Shown: positions 39,871 to 53,949, counted from the first letter of the stretch. The stretch: DNA of 64,000 nucleotides from Tubulanus polymorphus (GCF_964204645.1 NC_134029.1:11868850-11932849), one strand, 5' to 3'. Made by a program: numbers and translations. The notes: generated by a model not told the origin, from the letters alone.

Positions 39871-42129
39871 GTAAGTGATCGCGGGAGTTGCATCAATGAA
39901 TCGGATGTTAATTTTCTGAGGCGGTATTAATTTTCAGGGTTTCTGATCAAAGTTCACTCAATATGGTCATCGTAGGAATACCATTATAATGAATGTCATT
40001 TATCCAGAAATATCGGAAGTTCTACTGCTTCACAATCTAATATTTTGATAACGTTTCAATTTGCCACATTTTCAACAGTTTCTAGGATGTGTCTTGCATT
40101 TTTATGAAAATAAGCTTCAGTCTTCAAAAGAATCTTCATCTTGAAGTGAAATGTGCATTCAATGATATTTGCACAGATTCAGGGAAATCTTCAAAGATAG
40201 TCTCATGAATAGTAATTAGTTTCATGAGTGGTCTGAAATCTGAGTGTTCTACGAAGAAAAATGAGATGAAAGTCTTGGAAGATAAATTTGATACCTTTCG
40301 TCGGGTGTTTTAATCAAATTTAATTCTTTTAGGGTGGTCCCTTATGGACCAACTATTACTATTGTCTTTTTTAAAATTTCATACATGACAGGATAGCGTC
40401 TGATTGAGACACCATAGCATCCTGAAACTTGCTCAGGTTTCATGCAACGTTAGTCATTTGTTGGAGATTGAATTTTGGCAATATTGGTCCGCTAAAATTG
40501 TCAGGTTTTTACAAGTTTTTTCCGACTTCCTTGATTTTGAGATGGTCCCCCACCAAATCACATAGAATGGAGACCTAATCACGATAGAAAAATAGTTCCG
40601 TCATCATCATGCTTATAATTGCATATCATTGTTATACAACATGATTATTTAATGTGGTTCTGATCTTGAAAGAGTTTGATTATGATCATTTGAGCTTTAA
40701 GTAGATTTGTAACAAATTCTGTTGATTTTGATCACGTATTAATGCAACACTTTTTATTGTCAGTCAAATCTGTTGATAGATCCAGTTGTCTGCAACCAGT
40801 CAAATCTGCTAATTCAATTCAACTTTTTTGCATATGTGACAAATCTATTCAATTCTAAAAATTTCACAATAAAACATCATATAACAATAAAATGAAACGG
40901 TAATCAATACATGATACAATGTGATTCTGTCAACATCGTTCATCAGCAGCGTCAGTGGGAGGGGGCATATGCAGCCCAAATAGATAATAACATAATTTGA
41001 GAATTTTCCTAATAAACATTTTTGATTCCTACTAAACTGATGAGGCTTGCCCCTTCCATATCTATATAGTGTTTAAATGATGTATGTAGTTGCCTTGAAT
41101 TGATTTTACTCTGTAATAAGAGGTTCCGTGGGGACTTCAGCTAAAAAAATGAATTGGTCAAATTTTGGGTCTTGCCCGCAATCCAAAACAGGTGGTCCCT
41201 GCTACCGGGTGAAATCAAGCAGAACCAACAATGACCAGCCAGGACTGGCCTAATGAAAAATTTTGTTTATTGTAGTATTTAGTGTATTTGTGGGAAGAAA
41301 CACATCCTCATTTTAATCAGTAATGTAATCATCTATGTCATTCTTCCAAGAATGTCGATCTCTAGAAAAGAAGGAAAAAGAATCTTGACCAACATCCTTC
41401 ATAATGGTTGAATCACTCTTGCCGAAAATAATCAATATGGCAATCGTAGCACGTTCTAGTATATAATATAATCTGTCGTTCAACAAATACCAATAACGAA
41501 CTATGTTAACAGTCATTGCCAGTGTCTATTCAAATACTCAAATAGAAATCCATGAAAACCAATTCGGTGATGGAAATTCGAATATATCATGGATTCTTCA
41601 AGTGGCAAAAACCATCATTTGGCATTACCAGTGGTTTTAAAGAGCGGAGATGGTACATTGATTGCGCTGTCTTTCTACAACCTATCCAGCGATGGTAGGG
41701 CTGATGTTTTTCTATTTTCTGCAATCGTCTTTAAGTCAAAAGATCAATTCTTCGTCTTCAATATCGAGAAATAACCTACAAAGTTCTTTCTATAATAATT
41801 GTGCACAGTGTACTGACTACAGCACTTACAAATTTCTAACTATCTTACAGTCCATCAGTACTAAATTGTGTTGAAAATACCATCAGTAATTGTGGTTTTA
41901 GATGAGGTGCCCTTTAGCGGCCCTACTTGTGTGCTGACGATTGATGGAACAGGGCGATGTTGCAGGCCATTTCAATGACATTACTCTCCCTGTATATTTC
42001 TGTCGGCGACACTGTACCCACTTAATTGCCTCTTCAGTCATAACTTAATGAGAACTATATTCAACCCTGAGAGCAATCCATGTCCAAACTGCACAAATGA
42101 ATTCTCAAAATTAGCAAGTTGTTGGGTTT

Positions 42130-42536
42130 TTAGCTTACTCAGTCCCAGCAGGCTGTAGCGTTCACTTTTGTCCATCCATCCGTAGACGGAATGCGGCCAT
42201 TTTGTGAAGTTTTGAAGACGCTTAAATGGATTGACATGATATTTGGCTAATACGTGTCACATTTCAGCCAAAAAACCTGGCCTGATCAGAATCAAGATGG
42301 CAGGCTGGTGGCCATTTTTGTATGCCGAGATAAAAATATTTTACACATTTTGAAGTTTTCAAAGGGAAATATTGAATCGTTATAATTGAGGTTTGTATCC
42401 CCCATGGCCCATTAGCTTAAAAAAAATTTGGCTGAACAGACACAAAATGGCCATCCTAGGTTATGTGGCCTAATAATATGTTCTATGATTGTGGTGGTTG
42501 CAAGGTCATTGGATTTTGTACATGGTCACCAGGGGC
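42130..42536 (+). mobile_element. Diverged, internally deleted HINE-like family A copy
   Basis: Degenerate 5' hairpin, gcgttcacttttgtccatccatccgtagacggaat, gaatcaagatggc, and one atggtcaccagggg monomer. Confidence 0.7.
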
Positions 42537-45500
42537 ATAACCAAATTTTTTTAACCATTGAGATTTTATCGTGATTATAAAACATTACAATATAGAATGG
42601 ACATCTATTAATTGTCCGGGGACAATATATAAAGCCGAATAACTCAGTGTTACCATGTTGTAAGCCTACCTAGTTTTCAGGATTGCAGCTTTCCGAGCCA
42701 GTGTTTGTAAAACCGTGATTACTGACTGTGCATTTCATATCGTATAACCTAAGGTGCAGTTTTTCATTCTTAGCTTCCCACATAATGTTTATCTTTATAC
42801 TGAAGGTAAATTTGTTCAGGCACAATCTATTAATTTTTGTGAGATTTTGTTTCTGCCCAGTAAATCCATTGACTCGCATATTAGATGGCTAGCGTTTCCT
42901 TATGGCAGGCTATTCTATATACCCCTACAATTGGTAAAAAAAAGTTGATAGTCAATATTTTCAGTAAATTATTTGATTATGAACACTTATTTGCTCAACT
43001 CTAATTTGTTTAACTTCATTTAGAATTGCCTTGTCAAATTTGCTCTAACTTGATACCACACGAGATATTCTGGTAGGCCCATAAGTCAATTCTAAAAATA
43101 GATTTCTATAACAGGAAATTATTGGGTAGAATGAATATGAATCAGATGTTGGGCGATTGTGATTGGTTCTTTGTCCTTAGGGTTGGATAAAGTCTGTAGA
43201 GAAATAATTTTTTTTAAGTAAGTTTTTTTTAAAGGCCACTGATTTTGATTGCTTTCAAACCCAAACTGAGTCACCTATTTCTCCGTATATGTGAGTGCCT
43301 GCACAATCATACCTCTTGAAAATTCATTTCAGGTCCGTAACCTGGTATTTGAAGGCTTGAGAACCATAGCATGCACCAAGCGATACACAAGAATTGCGCA
43401 TGGTTCTGCTCCTTGAGTATTCTTGTCTTGAATATATTTGTTCTCAATTGGTTATTGTTCGCATACAGCATTTATGGGCACTTCTCATTCGATTTGCAGC
43501 AATGCTTAATTTGAAAGCTTGACCCAAGTGGCTGATATCACCACTGTTGAGTATGTAGATTTACACAGGTTTTTAAGATTGCGAATCTATGTATTAAGCT
43601 GATTAATCTTGTCCTAGGTTCTATGCTTTGGGTAATTACTCTGTCAGTGAAGCGTGGCATGTAAACATGTTAATGCTTCATCATATAAACAAGCTTACAG
43701 ATTTGTCATTTGTCTCTGGTAATGGCTTTGTATTATTCAGGCTCTTTTATATAATGAAGGATTTACTCGAATGTCATTGATGTGTATTAATTCCCTTTCA
43801 GTATTATATGAAATCATAGCAACTTTTTCTTTGCACACAGTCAATGCTTAGCCAGTCTGTCGCCACATGCGATGATGTAGCATCTTATAATAAATACATG
43901 GGAAATAAAGATGGGTCGTTTTGGTCTTGTTGAATAAGTCAAGTCATTCTTTATCGTTCAATCAATGCGAATATTATAGGCCTAGATGAACTTTTCAGTC
44001 ATGGTTGATCGATTACTGGGGTAGGGCGACACAAACTAATGCGATAATTAAATCGAATATGGGTGATGGCTCCTCTGCTATCGACACTGTTACAAATGGT
44101 CGAAAATGTATGTTCAGTGGATTTCCTAAACAAGCTGATTGGGAATATCGCTTGAATGGGCATGTTTAGATTCTGCCTTTATATCGAAGACAATCAGTAG
44201 AACAGGGCATTAAGAAACATCTACTGGTTAAATAGTTTGATTGCTGTCTATAAAAGATTCTATTCCCAGGGTTGTGTGCATAGATTAAGATTTATTTATT
44301 TCCTTTGAAACTAGTTATGTGCACGGGCTGGTTATTAGTCTGAGCCATCAATGCTTGTAATAAGGACCTTGGATTCATTGTGACTATCTTGTTGACAATA
44401 CTTGGCCACATGAATACGCAATAACAATGGATTGAAAAAAATGCTAAAATTCATGTTTATTTTTAATCTAAATGTTTAATCTAAATCTTCATGTGTTGTT
44501 GCCTATCTGATTTGTTGAATAATAACTGCACTCAAATCAATTGAGAGACGTCTATGGAGTGTATATAAAACGCACAAGATAAATCATTCAGCAAGTAAAA
44601 TCTGACAACCTGACACTTTAGACAGATTTTTTCTCCATCTTCATAGATTTATTCAAAATGTTTTTCACACATGAAAATTGGTATAGACAAACCCTAAATA
44701 GGGAAGGAAGGGCCTTTAGAAATATACAGGGGATTGGGTGCTTTAGAGAGGGAAATTCATCGCTTGATGGTTGCATGTACCCTACGTGCAACATCAATTG
44801 AAATGCCATTTCATTTACCTCTCCTTGGCCAGATGACAGTTAGCATACAGATTTATTTAGGCCTATTGCAGGTTATCAAAGTTCTATGAAACATGTTAGT
44901 AATAACTATTGGGTATGAGAGGGATGCTCCGTTAATCTTATTGCATTTTGTGGATGAAATCGTGGGGGATTAGCATATCTATGTATGATATCCATAATCA
45001 ATATCTACCAGACGGGTTTGTACGGCACAAAAATTCCTTTGGCAGATGGTGTTTGTGTGTAATTCTCGCTTTGATGGTCGAATAGTCGACTTTCTCAGAC
45101 TGGTAGCACCATAATTATTGACGCATCAGTGACGCATCTTTGTCCCTGAACACAGCTGATATTTGAGAAACATGTACTTTTTAGGAGGGATATCCGTGAA
45201 CATTGACCGAAATGGCTAAATTAATTTCTCTTTTTTCCGTTCTCTTTTCTTCTACTTGGCCGAATTAATCTTAAATCAAAATAGTCGAAAAAATAATGTT
45301 TGCTCGTTTGTTCAACTTTATGTTCCATTACCGTCATAATGATCATGTTCTCGAATATCAATGATGAAGAAAATTTTGAAAGTTTTTTTTATTCATGAAA
45401 AGAACTATGTTTATAAAATAAGGGAACTATGTTTGTCTATAGCGTAAAGGTCAGATTGATTCATTCTAAAATCAATTGTTATTCATGAAGAATGGGTGAA

Positions 45501-45939
45501 TTGAATGGGTGCGGACCGGATCCAAAGTATTTCCGATCTGCATTGCCCGGTTTCAGCCTAACCATCACCTCGAGACATTCTTGTGTAGGGGAATAGTTTC
45601 ATAGAACCCAATTAAATGACAATAGATGCAATTAACAGTCAGTCCAGGTTAGGCTTACACGCGCTTGGTTTGACAATAAAGTTCTCATTATTGTGTGTCT
45701 ATTGTCAGATTTTTTGTGTGACTTTTGATGTTGGCTTTTCATCTCTTGCCCCACTGGTTTCTTCACTGGTTGAATTAGGAAATTGATCTTTTGAAAAAAT
45801 CTTTTCCTGGGTTCTATACATACCCATTAACCAAATATCTCTAAGCACTGATCTCTGGAGCACTATTTATCATTCGTTGTTCCTACGGAAAATGTTTTTA
45901 TATATGATCTATCTATGTAAATCACTTTTCTCATTTCAG

Positions 45940-46039
45940 ATCAAGACTGGCAAGTGCAGAAATTTGTAGGCAATACGACTGTATCGGATGACTTCAAAAT
46001 TATCGTTGCCCATGGTGATTCGCTAATTGTTGGCGCTAG
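45940..46039 (+). CDS. Semaphorin coding exon 2
   Basis: tcatttcag|...AG|gttcgt; DQDWQVQKFVGNTTVSDDFKIIVAHGDSLIVGA(R) resembles Sema1a KFVGN....DHFK....DG.SLLIGAR; 100 nt, phase 1 to 2. Confidence 0.9.
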
Positions 46040-46128
46040 GTTCGTGATCATTTATATCCATTTTAATTTCAATCTGTTAGAACTTTCGAGTTAGGCCAAC
46101 AACACTAGTCTGCCACAAACCATCCTAT

Positions 46129-46854
46129 AGGCGCGTTCACACGACGAAATTTAGACCGGTCTAAATTTGGTCCGGTCCAATTTAGACCGGACCAAGCGTT
46201 CACACGGGCAAAAATACCGTTCCAAATTAGACCGGTCTAGTTTAGACCGGTCTAATTTGGCACGGTCTAAACGAGCGAACCAGGTCCGGACCAAATTTTG
46301 GACCGGTCTAAATGTGTGTGTGGACAGAAACTGGTACCAGGTCCGGTATAGATATCACACCCTCTGCGGCAGAGTGTGAGTCCAGTTTATTAAGTTTTAA
46401 ATGCTTTATTACCGTTTATGTAATTATTCTTAAGAACTGTTTTTCATCCCTATACTATGGAAATGTTTGGAGCGTACCCGTAATTCGTATTCATATATCG
46501 CGATCATCATCCGTTTTACTGCCGTGCTTTGAACCTTGTTTAATTGACACTTAGAGTTTCAGCGTGATAGAATAAAATCAAATTCGCAAAAATGTCTAAA
46601 CCTGACAAGAGGATCGAATTGGTCAAATGAAGAATGTCTTGCTATACTTCGAATCTGGAAGCAAGACTTCATCCAGGCGCAATTGATTATTTAGCAGATG
46701 GCAACATCTCGTGGGCCCGGTGACAAGCGATTTTATCACCGCGTTTCAAAAGGCCGTGTGAACGCTCACCAAAATCTGGTCTGGTCTAAATTTGGACTGG
46801 ACCAGGTACGGACCCATCTAGACCGGTCTAACTAGTTGTCGTGTGAACGCGGCT
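46129..46854 (+). mobile_element. Non-autonomous PIF/Harbinger element (family H2) with a trihelix Myb/SANT remnant
   Basis: TIR ag(g/c)cgcgttcacacgac with 3-bp TAT flanks and many tagaccggtcta palindromes. 46608-46691 reads RGSNWSNEECLAILRIWKQDFIQAQLII. Confidence 0.85.
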
Positions 46855-47612
46855 TATGAGTAAAATTTCATCGTGAAACCTCTATCACCGATATTATGGC
46901 TGACTGTTTACTGACATCTTAGTTTGTCTCTGACAGCTCATATGGGCTATTTCCTTTCACTTGGTTATAATTGACAGGTCATTTCATTATTTTTGTATCA
47001 GGATATTCACATGAAATTACCTGGCCAGGTGTTTGATACCTTCAGGCTTATGTCGACAGCTGAATGGCAATGATCAATTGTAGTGATGAATGCAAGACCA
47101 TATCAACTTGATTTGTTTTTCTCACCAGGTCCCCCAATATTTCCATATAATACTGTTCGCATCAATTATCTAGGCAATATTCTTCATGTGCTTCGTTGTC
47201 ATTGTCAGCTGTGGCGGTTGCAGTAGAGTTGACTTGATTATTTCTTGAAATAAATGAAGCACTTTCGATCCAATCATTCGGTGACACATCTGATTAAATT
47301 GTCAAGTTGGCGGAGAGTAATCAACTTGGATCATTCTGAGATTAGTTCTTCATTTGATTTGCTGGACAGCTTTTGTTTTTTTTTAAACGAAAATCCATCA
47401 TACCTCACTTTTTTAGCTCCTTATTTTGATGATGAGGTTTGCATCTCAGCTTGGACAATGTTGTTCTATGTAAACTCTACACTACGCATTATCTTTTGCT
47501 ATTTTATCTTTTTGTCTTCAATATTCTCAAAATATCTTCCTGGCATTGAAGGATGACCCTAAACTCTTGATGATTGAAGGAACACGAGCAGTGGTTTGTT
47601 CATCATCATTTT

Positions 47613-48461
47613 TAGGCCAGCCGTAGGCTGAGCCTATTACTATACAAATGGAGCGAATTTAAATGGCATGGTTTCCAGAGCAAATGCTCTTTTACTGTGC
47701 AACTGAGCATATATTCATACAAATCATTCATTAAAGCATTATCCATTCTCCAAACTCTACGTAGCTAAATTTTGAAAGAGGGCCTCGTTAAAATTTATAT
47801 GAGCTTTTTCGCAAATATCTGATCGCAAAAATATTGGTTTTGAAAAGCCAATCAGAAAGCAAAGACTGCTCTATGATTGGCTTAGCCGCAGAAATCAGCA
47901 GGTGTTCACGTGAACCCGCGGTATCATCTACCGTTGTACTTCCTGGTTTTATTTTTAGATCTAAAATTGTATTTCAAGATCGATTTCTGTGAAAGCTTTA
48001 GTTGATTTGGTTTTTGGGAGGAATATTTTTATTAGCACTGCAGAAATTATCATTGACCATTGTGCGAAGTCCAGAAAAAAAAGCTTTTTCTTAAATCGGA
48101 TAGATAACCTTGATATGCTAATTAGCCATGTGCTCAAACTACAAATTCAATCAAATCTTATTCTGCCAAAAAATATCAAATCAAATCCAATTCAATTTTG
48201 TTTTATTGAGCAAATTTCAGAAAATTCAATTCTATTCCGCATTAAAATCAATAAGACCAAGGGAAAAGATTTATCTGAGGTATTTGTTCCTGCCAGTCGT
48301 TGTCTGTGCTACTTTTGTATTCTATGATTGTATTGTGTAAATTATTAGGTATTGACTCTGAGCTGGGAGTGTATTTTGACAAATTTAACCCACAGAATGC
48401 ATCATCATTTGCCATTTTATGAAAAGCTGACTGGCTGGCCATAGGGCCCTTGGGGCTCTTG
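47613..48461 (+). mobile_element. HINE-like element (family B); further partial copies at ~56750-57245, ~58696 onward and ~63730 onward
   Basis: 5' tttt|taggccagccgtaggctgagccta hairpin; 3' subterminal IR ggctggcc, stem agggccc-ttg-gggctct, then tg|tttt. The interior is colinear with 56750-57245. Confidence 0.7.
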
Positions 48462-51400
48462 TTTTAAATTCTTATGCCACAACAAAATGTTAGCCTAAAT
48501 GTTTCTGTCTGAATCCGATCCCATTTTCTATCATTGAAGAAAAGAACATATCAAGATTCTTCAACAAGATAATAATTCATCTCAACCTCAAGGTTTTTTA
48601 AATCCCCACGGTACAGTTTCACCTTTGCCCTGATCTGATCGCTTTCTTTTTATTCTTTGAGATCCTCATATCACCTTGCTAATATCTGTTGTCTAGTCAT
48701 GCTATTTGTGAATATCGCCAAAATTGATGATATAAATTGCAATTGCTCTAAATAATCTACCTAATAAAGTCATGCCTATGTTGCCTTCGTTTGGATGTCA
48801 ATCCATGTACTCATTTACCCAGAAAACGATTGCAAAACCGTAATTTATATCAATTTGCAATGACACTTAAAGAGCAGTGTGTAAATATGTGTGCATCACA
48901 GGACCTCATCTACGCTTTTAAGTGGACAGTCGACATAACAAAGTCAATTTAGACAAATTGATTGCCAAGGTGATGCTTGAATACAGGGGAGGGGGTCAAC
49001 ACAAGTTATCAGATCTGCATCATTGATGTTCTCATGAGATTTTTCCATCCCGATTTTCCTGCACTATGAATTCGTTACTATTTCCCTATTACTCTTATCA
49101 AAAATTTATAGTTTTTATGAGTTTTTGCTATTATGAGTATTCTTCAATTGGAATTTACAAGCCAGGTTTATGACATTGTTGTGATCTGGTCCTGGCTTTC
49201 TTACCTGATGATGCAATGATATTCCATCAAATCTTGGTGGTAGATTCACAAAGGTATGGATGCTGTGCTTACTTTCAGCAAAAGGCTTAAATGCATTTCC
49301 TATTAGGACAAACATAGAATTATGTTTAGTTCTGGTTACAAAGTAATCATTTTGAAAAAGAAATTTATAGGAAGAATGATGTAATTATGTTTTCCTATGA
49401 AATACATGAGGCTCCAGGGTAAACATTCCTATCCATCATTCAGTCCTAAAATAATGTTAATAATAAATAGGGTTAACATTTTGATTGCATTCAGCTAACA
49501 GAACATAGAACAGACTTGATAACCTCCCCGAAACAGGCCTGTAGCCAGCCAGCCCTTTCTTCTCATTTTATGAAAGTGGGACTTATATGAGGTGCAAACC
49601 CCACCTAAGCCTAAGGTACCATAAAACCATTTGTTTATGAATAATGATGTACACAATGATGAATAATGCCATAAGCTTCCAGATGTGAGGTAGGCCTATG
49701 CACTTGGAAAACTGTTTGATTGGTATGATTCATGGGAAAATTCATCAAATCACTTTTATTCAACTGGTCCTGACAAAGTTTGGTTCTATTGGCCCGACAG
49801 TCAATCAAAACAAAATAGCGAGGAGGGTCTTTAGTGATTGATATCTCGAGGTTTGCTTTAGTCACAATCTGTCAACATCATTCTCTTCATTATCACTGTC
49901 ACCTATATCTTTATATTCATTTGATATAGCCAATGGATAGATTGACTTGTATCTAGCCAGTTTGGTAGATGTATATGGCAAATGGCATTAAATCTTCTAA
50001 TGTCTATTTGGTTGCTGGTGATTGTTTTCCAGGGAACTTCTTAAAGCCACAGAGTTTTACAATTATCAGGATCCTACTAAGTTTGAGACTAGGAAATCTC
50101 ATTTTATTATACCACTTTTTGGTGATGTCTGGGCGTGGAATAACGCCTCTCAACCATCTGCCAAATTGACATTAAATAAAAGGATATCCCAACATATTTT
50201 CACTTTTGATCAGCGACTCATTACTGGAGGCTAATGTGATATAGAAATTCATTGTTGCCAATGGCGTTGATTTATCACTGTGTTTGTCAGTCAATACTAC
50301 AATCCACATGAAGGATAATTGTAATCATCCGGTGATGGTAAGAATGCATATGGTTGATATTCACCTTTCTGCATTCGATGAAATTCGGCAAAAACATTTG
50401 GATTATTGTGCTCATGATAACAATATGCAGAAAACTATGAAGTGTGTAATATAAAGTCTTGAATATTAATGTTGAGGGAATACCAAATAGATTGTGACTG
50501 AATATCAAATTTGTTGATAACAATTTTTTGAACACATTTCAAGTGATAAATTTCGTTCATGATAAATCTTGTTTTCAGATTTCTTATAATCTTTGAACTT
50601 AATCAGAAAGTAATGCCTAACTCATGTCACAATCATGAGATCTTCTGCCACACCGATTATCTTAAATCAGTGGTCAATCTGTTGCCAATCAGCAGTGGAC
50701 AGAGGTCTCTTGGAACTTCTAAAGCGATCCAAAATAGCTGACCAGATAGTAGGAATAGGAGTTACTTTTTCCTACGATCTCTCATAAGTCCAAGCCAATC
50801 AACACTTGGTATCTAATAACATGGCATTGGCTTCTGCAGAGCCGAAATACATCCATTTTGAATCAGAGATCAAATAAGCAGATAGGTAATAGGCCTACAT
50901 AGAATGGACATGAGTTCGACTAAGATCAGATCGATGAAGTTGCCAATGAATGTTGTCAATGTAGGGTTATCTGAATTAGGCATGAGAATAACATTCATTC
51001 ATTCATTGAGCCTAAAGATTAGTTTGAAACTATGATTCATTCAATCTGAGAGAATCAGCGTTCCTTATTCTTGGTCATGCGGTTTGCTATTTTATCATTG
51101 TCAATTACATTAATTTCCTCCACCGAGGCGTCATTTATCTTTTAAAACATTATGAATCGGTCCTGTTTCCTGCAAATGTCATGCATAAAATGAAATACAA
51201 AGATTTGCCGCCGATTTTCTTGTAATACAGGGTTCGTCGCGGTGCTTGAAAAGCTTGAAATGGCTTGAATTTGAGAAATACTACTCAAGCACTTGAAAAC
51301 ATCTTGAAAATAGATCGAAAGCTTGAAATAATTATTTTTGACTTGAAATAAAAAGATATGGCTTGAAATGCTTGATTATCACAAATTTTCTTCTTCGCGA

Positions 51401-51699
51401 ATTTTTTTCGATGAAATCGCAGACAGAATATGTTCTTGAGTCGTTTCTACGCTTGCATCATGTTTTAGGCATCCATAAAGAAATTAATTGAATTGTATTG
51501 AATCGCGAGACTCGCTTGCACTGCGACTTGTGGTGAAACTCTCCGGTGTCTGGAGACTTGAACATATGGGGAAATTTCAGTCATGCATGTTATCGAGCAT
51601 TGATGTAAAATGGCATTGAAATCCCACACCAGGTGTGAGAGCCATGTTGAAGGCACCGCGACCTAGTCAAAGTCATTGAACATTACAAATTTCGTATTA

Positions 51700-52941
51700 G
51701 GCCATCCAAAAATAAAGGTCTGTTTGCCGTCACCCGACCGACCCGACTTCAAAGGTACCGAGTGGAAACTTTTTTCTTGGATTCATTGAAATAAATTTAA
51801 TTTTTGATACAAATGGCCGACCCACTGCCGATGTATGAGCTACGTATGTTTGAAGTTAAGTGTGCATCGTGTGAAAACATGCCTCGACTATAGTTGAAGT
51901 TTTCCAGGAAACTGGCAGTGTTCCAATAAGCTGCCATTCATTCTTACGGCTGGCTTATGTCGACAAGCAACGCAACGCCTACCAACGCAACTGGGTTTAT
52001 CGCCGATTAGCGCCAGTTGCTCCTCAATCGGTTCGACATAAGCCGGCTTGCGACGGCAACGCGACGCCTACCGACTCGTCGCAAGCCGTATCTGGCTAGT
52101 TGCCCATGTTCTACTCCGGCCTACGGTAGGCGGGCAGTTGCTTTCGATCGCAGCCGACATAAGCTCATCTGCGACGCCACGGAACTGAGCGCAGGGGTTC
52201 CAGCCAATGAGAGACCACATATACATAGTACAAATTATCACCACTAGTTAGCGTCATTCGTAATTAGTCATAAACTTTCAAATCCAAGTAGTTCAAAACG
52301 TAAACAAAACCTTCAGCACGGCAGAGGACTGGACCGAAGATCTAGAAACGAAATTGGTAGAATTATGGTATGAGCGGCCATCTTTATAGATGTCGCTAGC
52401 ACGTTGTATTCAAAACAGAATCAGAAAGATCAAAGTCTTAAAGAAATAGCTTTTCTAATAGAAATATATTTCCTAATAATTCAAATTTATTCTCAAAATG
52501 CTTATCACGTGACCAATTGAGCCGTTACAGTTGCTAGTAATTGCAACCGACATAAGCAGGGAAGCAACTGGGAGGATCTCATATCCCGCTAGTCGGCCTC
52601 AGTTGCTGCGAATCGGAGCGCAGTCGACATAAGCTGGGCGGCGATCGTGGTTGCTCTCAGTTGCGTCGGTAGGAGTCGGTAGGCGTCGCGTTGCTTGTCG
52701 ACATAAGCCAGCCTTTAGTGACTATATTAAAGCTGGTAATGTTATAGCGTGCATATATTCAGACTACTGCTTCATTTTAAACGCAGATTTGGGATATTGT
52801 TTGAACTAAAAGAGGTGATGATAAATTTGTTGTTTTTTTGTCCCAAAATTTTGCAAAAAAAATGATTCTACCTTCCTACTGACTTATCCCAAAAATTTTA
52901 GTAGGTGTAACGGCAAAACAGACAATTAATTTGGGATGGCC
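51700..52941. mobile_element. Longer copy of the ggccatcc-TIR MITE family; middle layer of the nest
   Basis: ta|ggccatccaaaaat ... aatttgggatggcc|ta; both ends are homologous to 4514-4762. Confidence 0.8.
51947..52714 (+). mobile_element. Harbinger family H1 copy; inner layer of the nest
   Basis: tta|cggctggcttatgtcgacaagca ... tgcttgtcgacataagccagcct|tta; MADF remnant at ~52320-52452. Confidence 0.88.
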
Positions 52942-53277
52942 TAATATCCAAATCTTGATTGATATGAATATTTAAGCTAGGAAATGCTGAAAATCATTGT
53001 GATAAACGGGTTTCATCTCTAACAGAATCGTATCAACTCGGAGGTTCCACTGGAATCAAAATTTTACCTCTTTTTTAACATTTTTGTACGAACCTGTTAA
53101 AAATAGGCAAATTGGCTGCGACTATCGTAAATTGCTTCGAACGTGCCTTAAAAAATAGCTTGAAAATGGTATAAATCTAGCTTGAAATGGCTTGAATTTC
53201 ACCTGAGCTTGAGACAATGAACCCCGTAATAGTTTCCACCTTTCTTTCGAATACATTTGTTATATTGTGCAATCTAA

Positions 53278-53947
53278 AGGCTGGCTTATGTCGACAAGCA
53301 ACCCGACGCCTACCGACGCAACTGAGTTTATCGCCCATAAGCGGCCTACGAGAGGCCGCCAGTTGCTGCTCTATCAGTTTGACATATGCCGGCTTGCGAC
53401 GGCAACCCGACGCCTACCGACTCGTCGCAAGCCGTATCCAGCTAGTTGCCCATGTTCTACTCCGGTCTACGGTAGGCGGACAGTTGCTATTGATCGCAAC
53501 TGACATAAGCTCATCTGCGACTTGACGGAACTGAGCGCAGGGGTTCCAGCCAATAAGAGACCGCATATACATAGGACCAAAAATTCTAATTTTTGATAGG
53601 ACAAATTATGACCGCTAGTTAGCGTCATTCGTAATTAGTCATAAACTTTCAAATTCAAGTAGTTCAAAACGTAAACCAAACCCTCAGCATGGCAGATGAC
53701 TTATGGTGTGAGCGGCCATCTTTATATGATGTCGCTAGCACATTGTATTCAAAAGAGAATCAGATAGGTAAAGATCTTAAAGAAGTAGCTTTTCTAATAG
53801 AGATATATTTCCCAATAATTCAAAATAATTCAAATTTATTCTCAAAGTGCTTATCACGTGACCATCTGAGCCGTTGCAGTTGCCAGTAATCGTAATCGAC
53901 ATAAGCAGGGAAGCAACTGGGAGGATCTCATATCCCGCTAATCGGCA
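53278..53947 (+). mobile_element. Harbinger family H1 copy, right end missing
   Basis: taa|aggctggcttatgtcgacaagca; ORF 53689 MADDLWCERPSLYDVASTLYSKENQ is an internally deleted MADF remnant. Confidence 0.85.
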
Positions 53948-53949
53948 TC

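Larger units (their letters stand above)
51228..53226. mobile_element. hAT-like non-autonomous element with a 5-bp TSD; outer layer of a nest
   Basis: taata|cagggttc ... gaaccccg|taata; gcttgaaa subterminal repeats at both ends. Confidence 0.7.

Noticed and set aside
41313-41780. Short ORFs that look like a possible coding relic
   Set aside because: No recognisable motif in the frames I translated, many stops, and no splice signals that fit either gene.
53217-53525. Recurrent ORFs (RLATATRRLPTRRKPY...) at 24818, 52017, 53217 and 53267 as a gene family
   Set aside because: They are chance frames across the TIR/subterminal region of the same Harbinger derivative.
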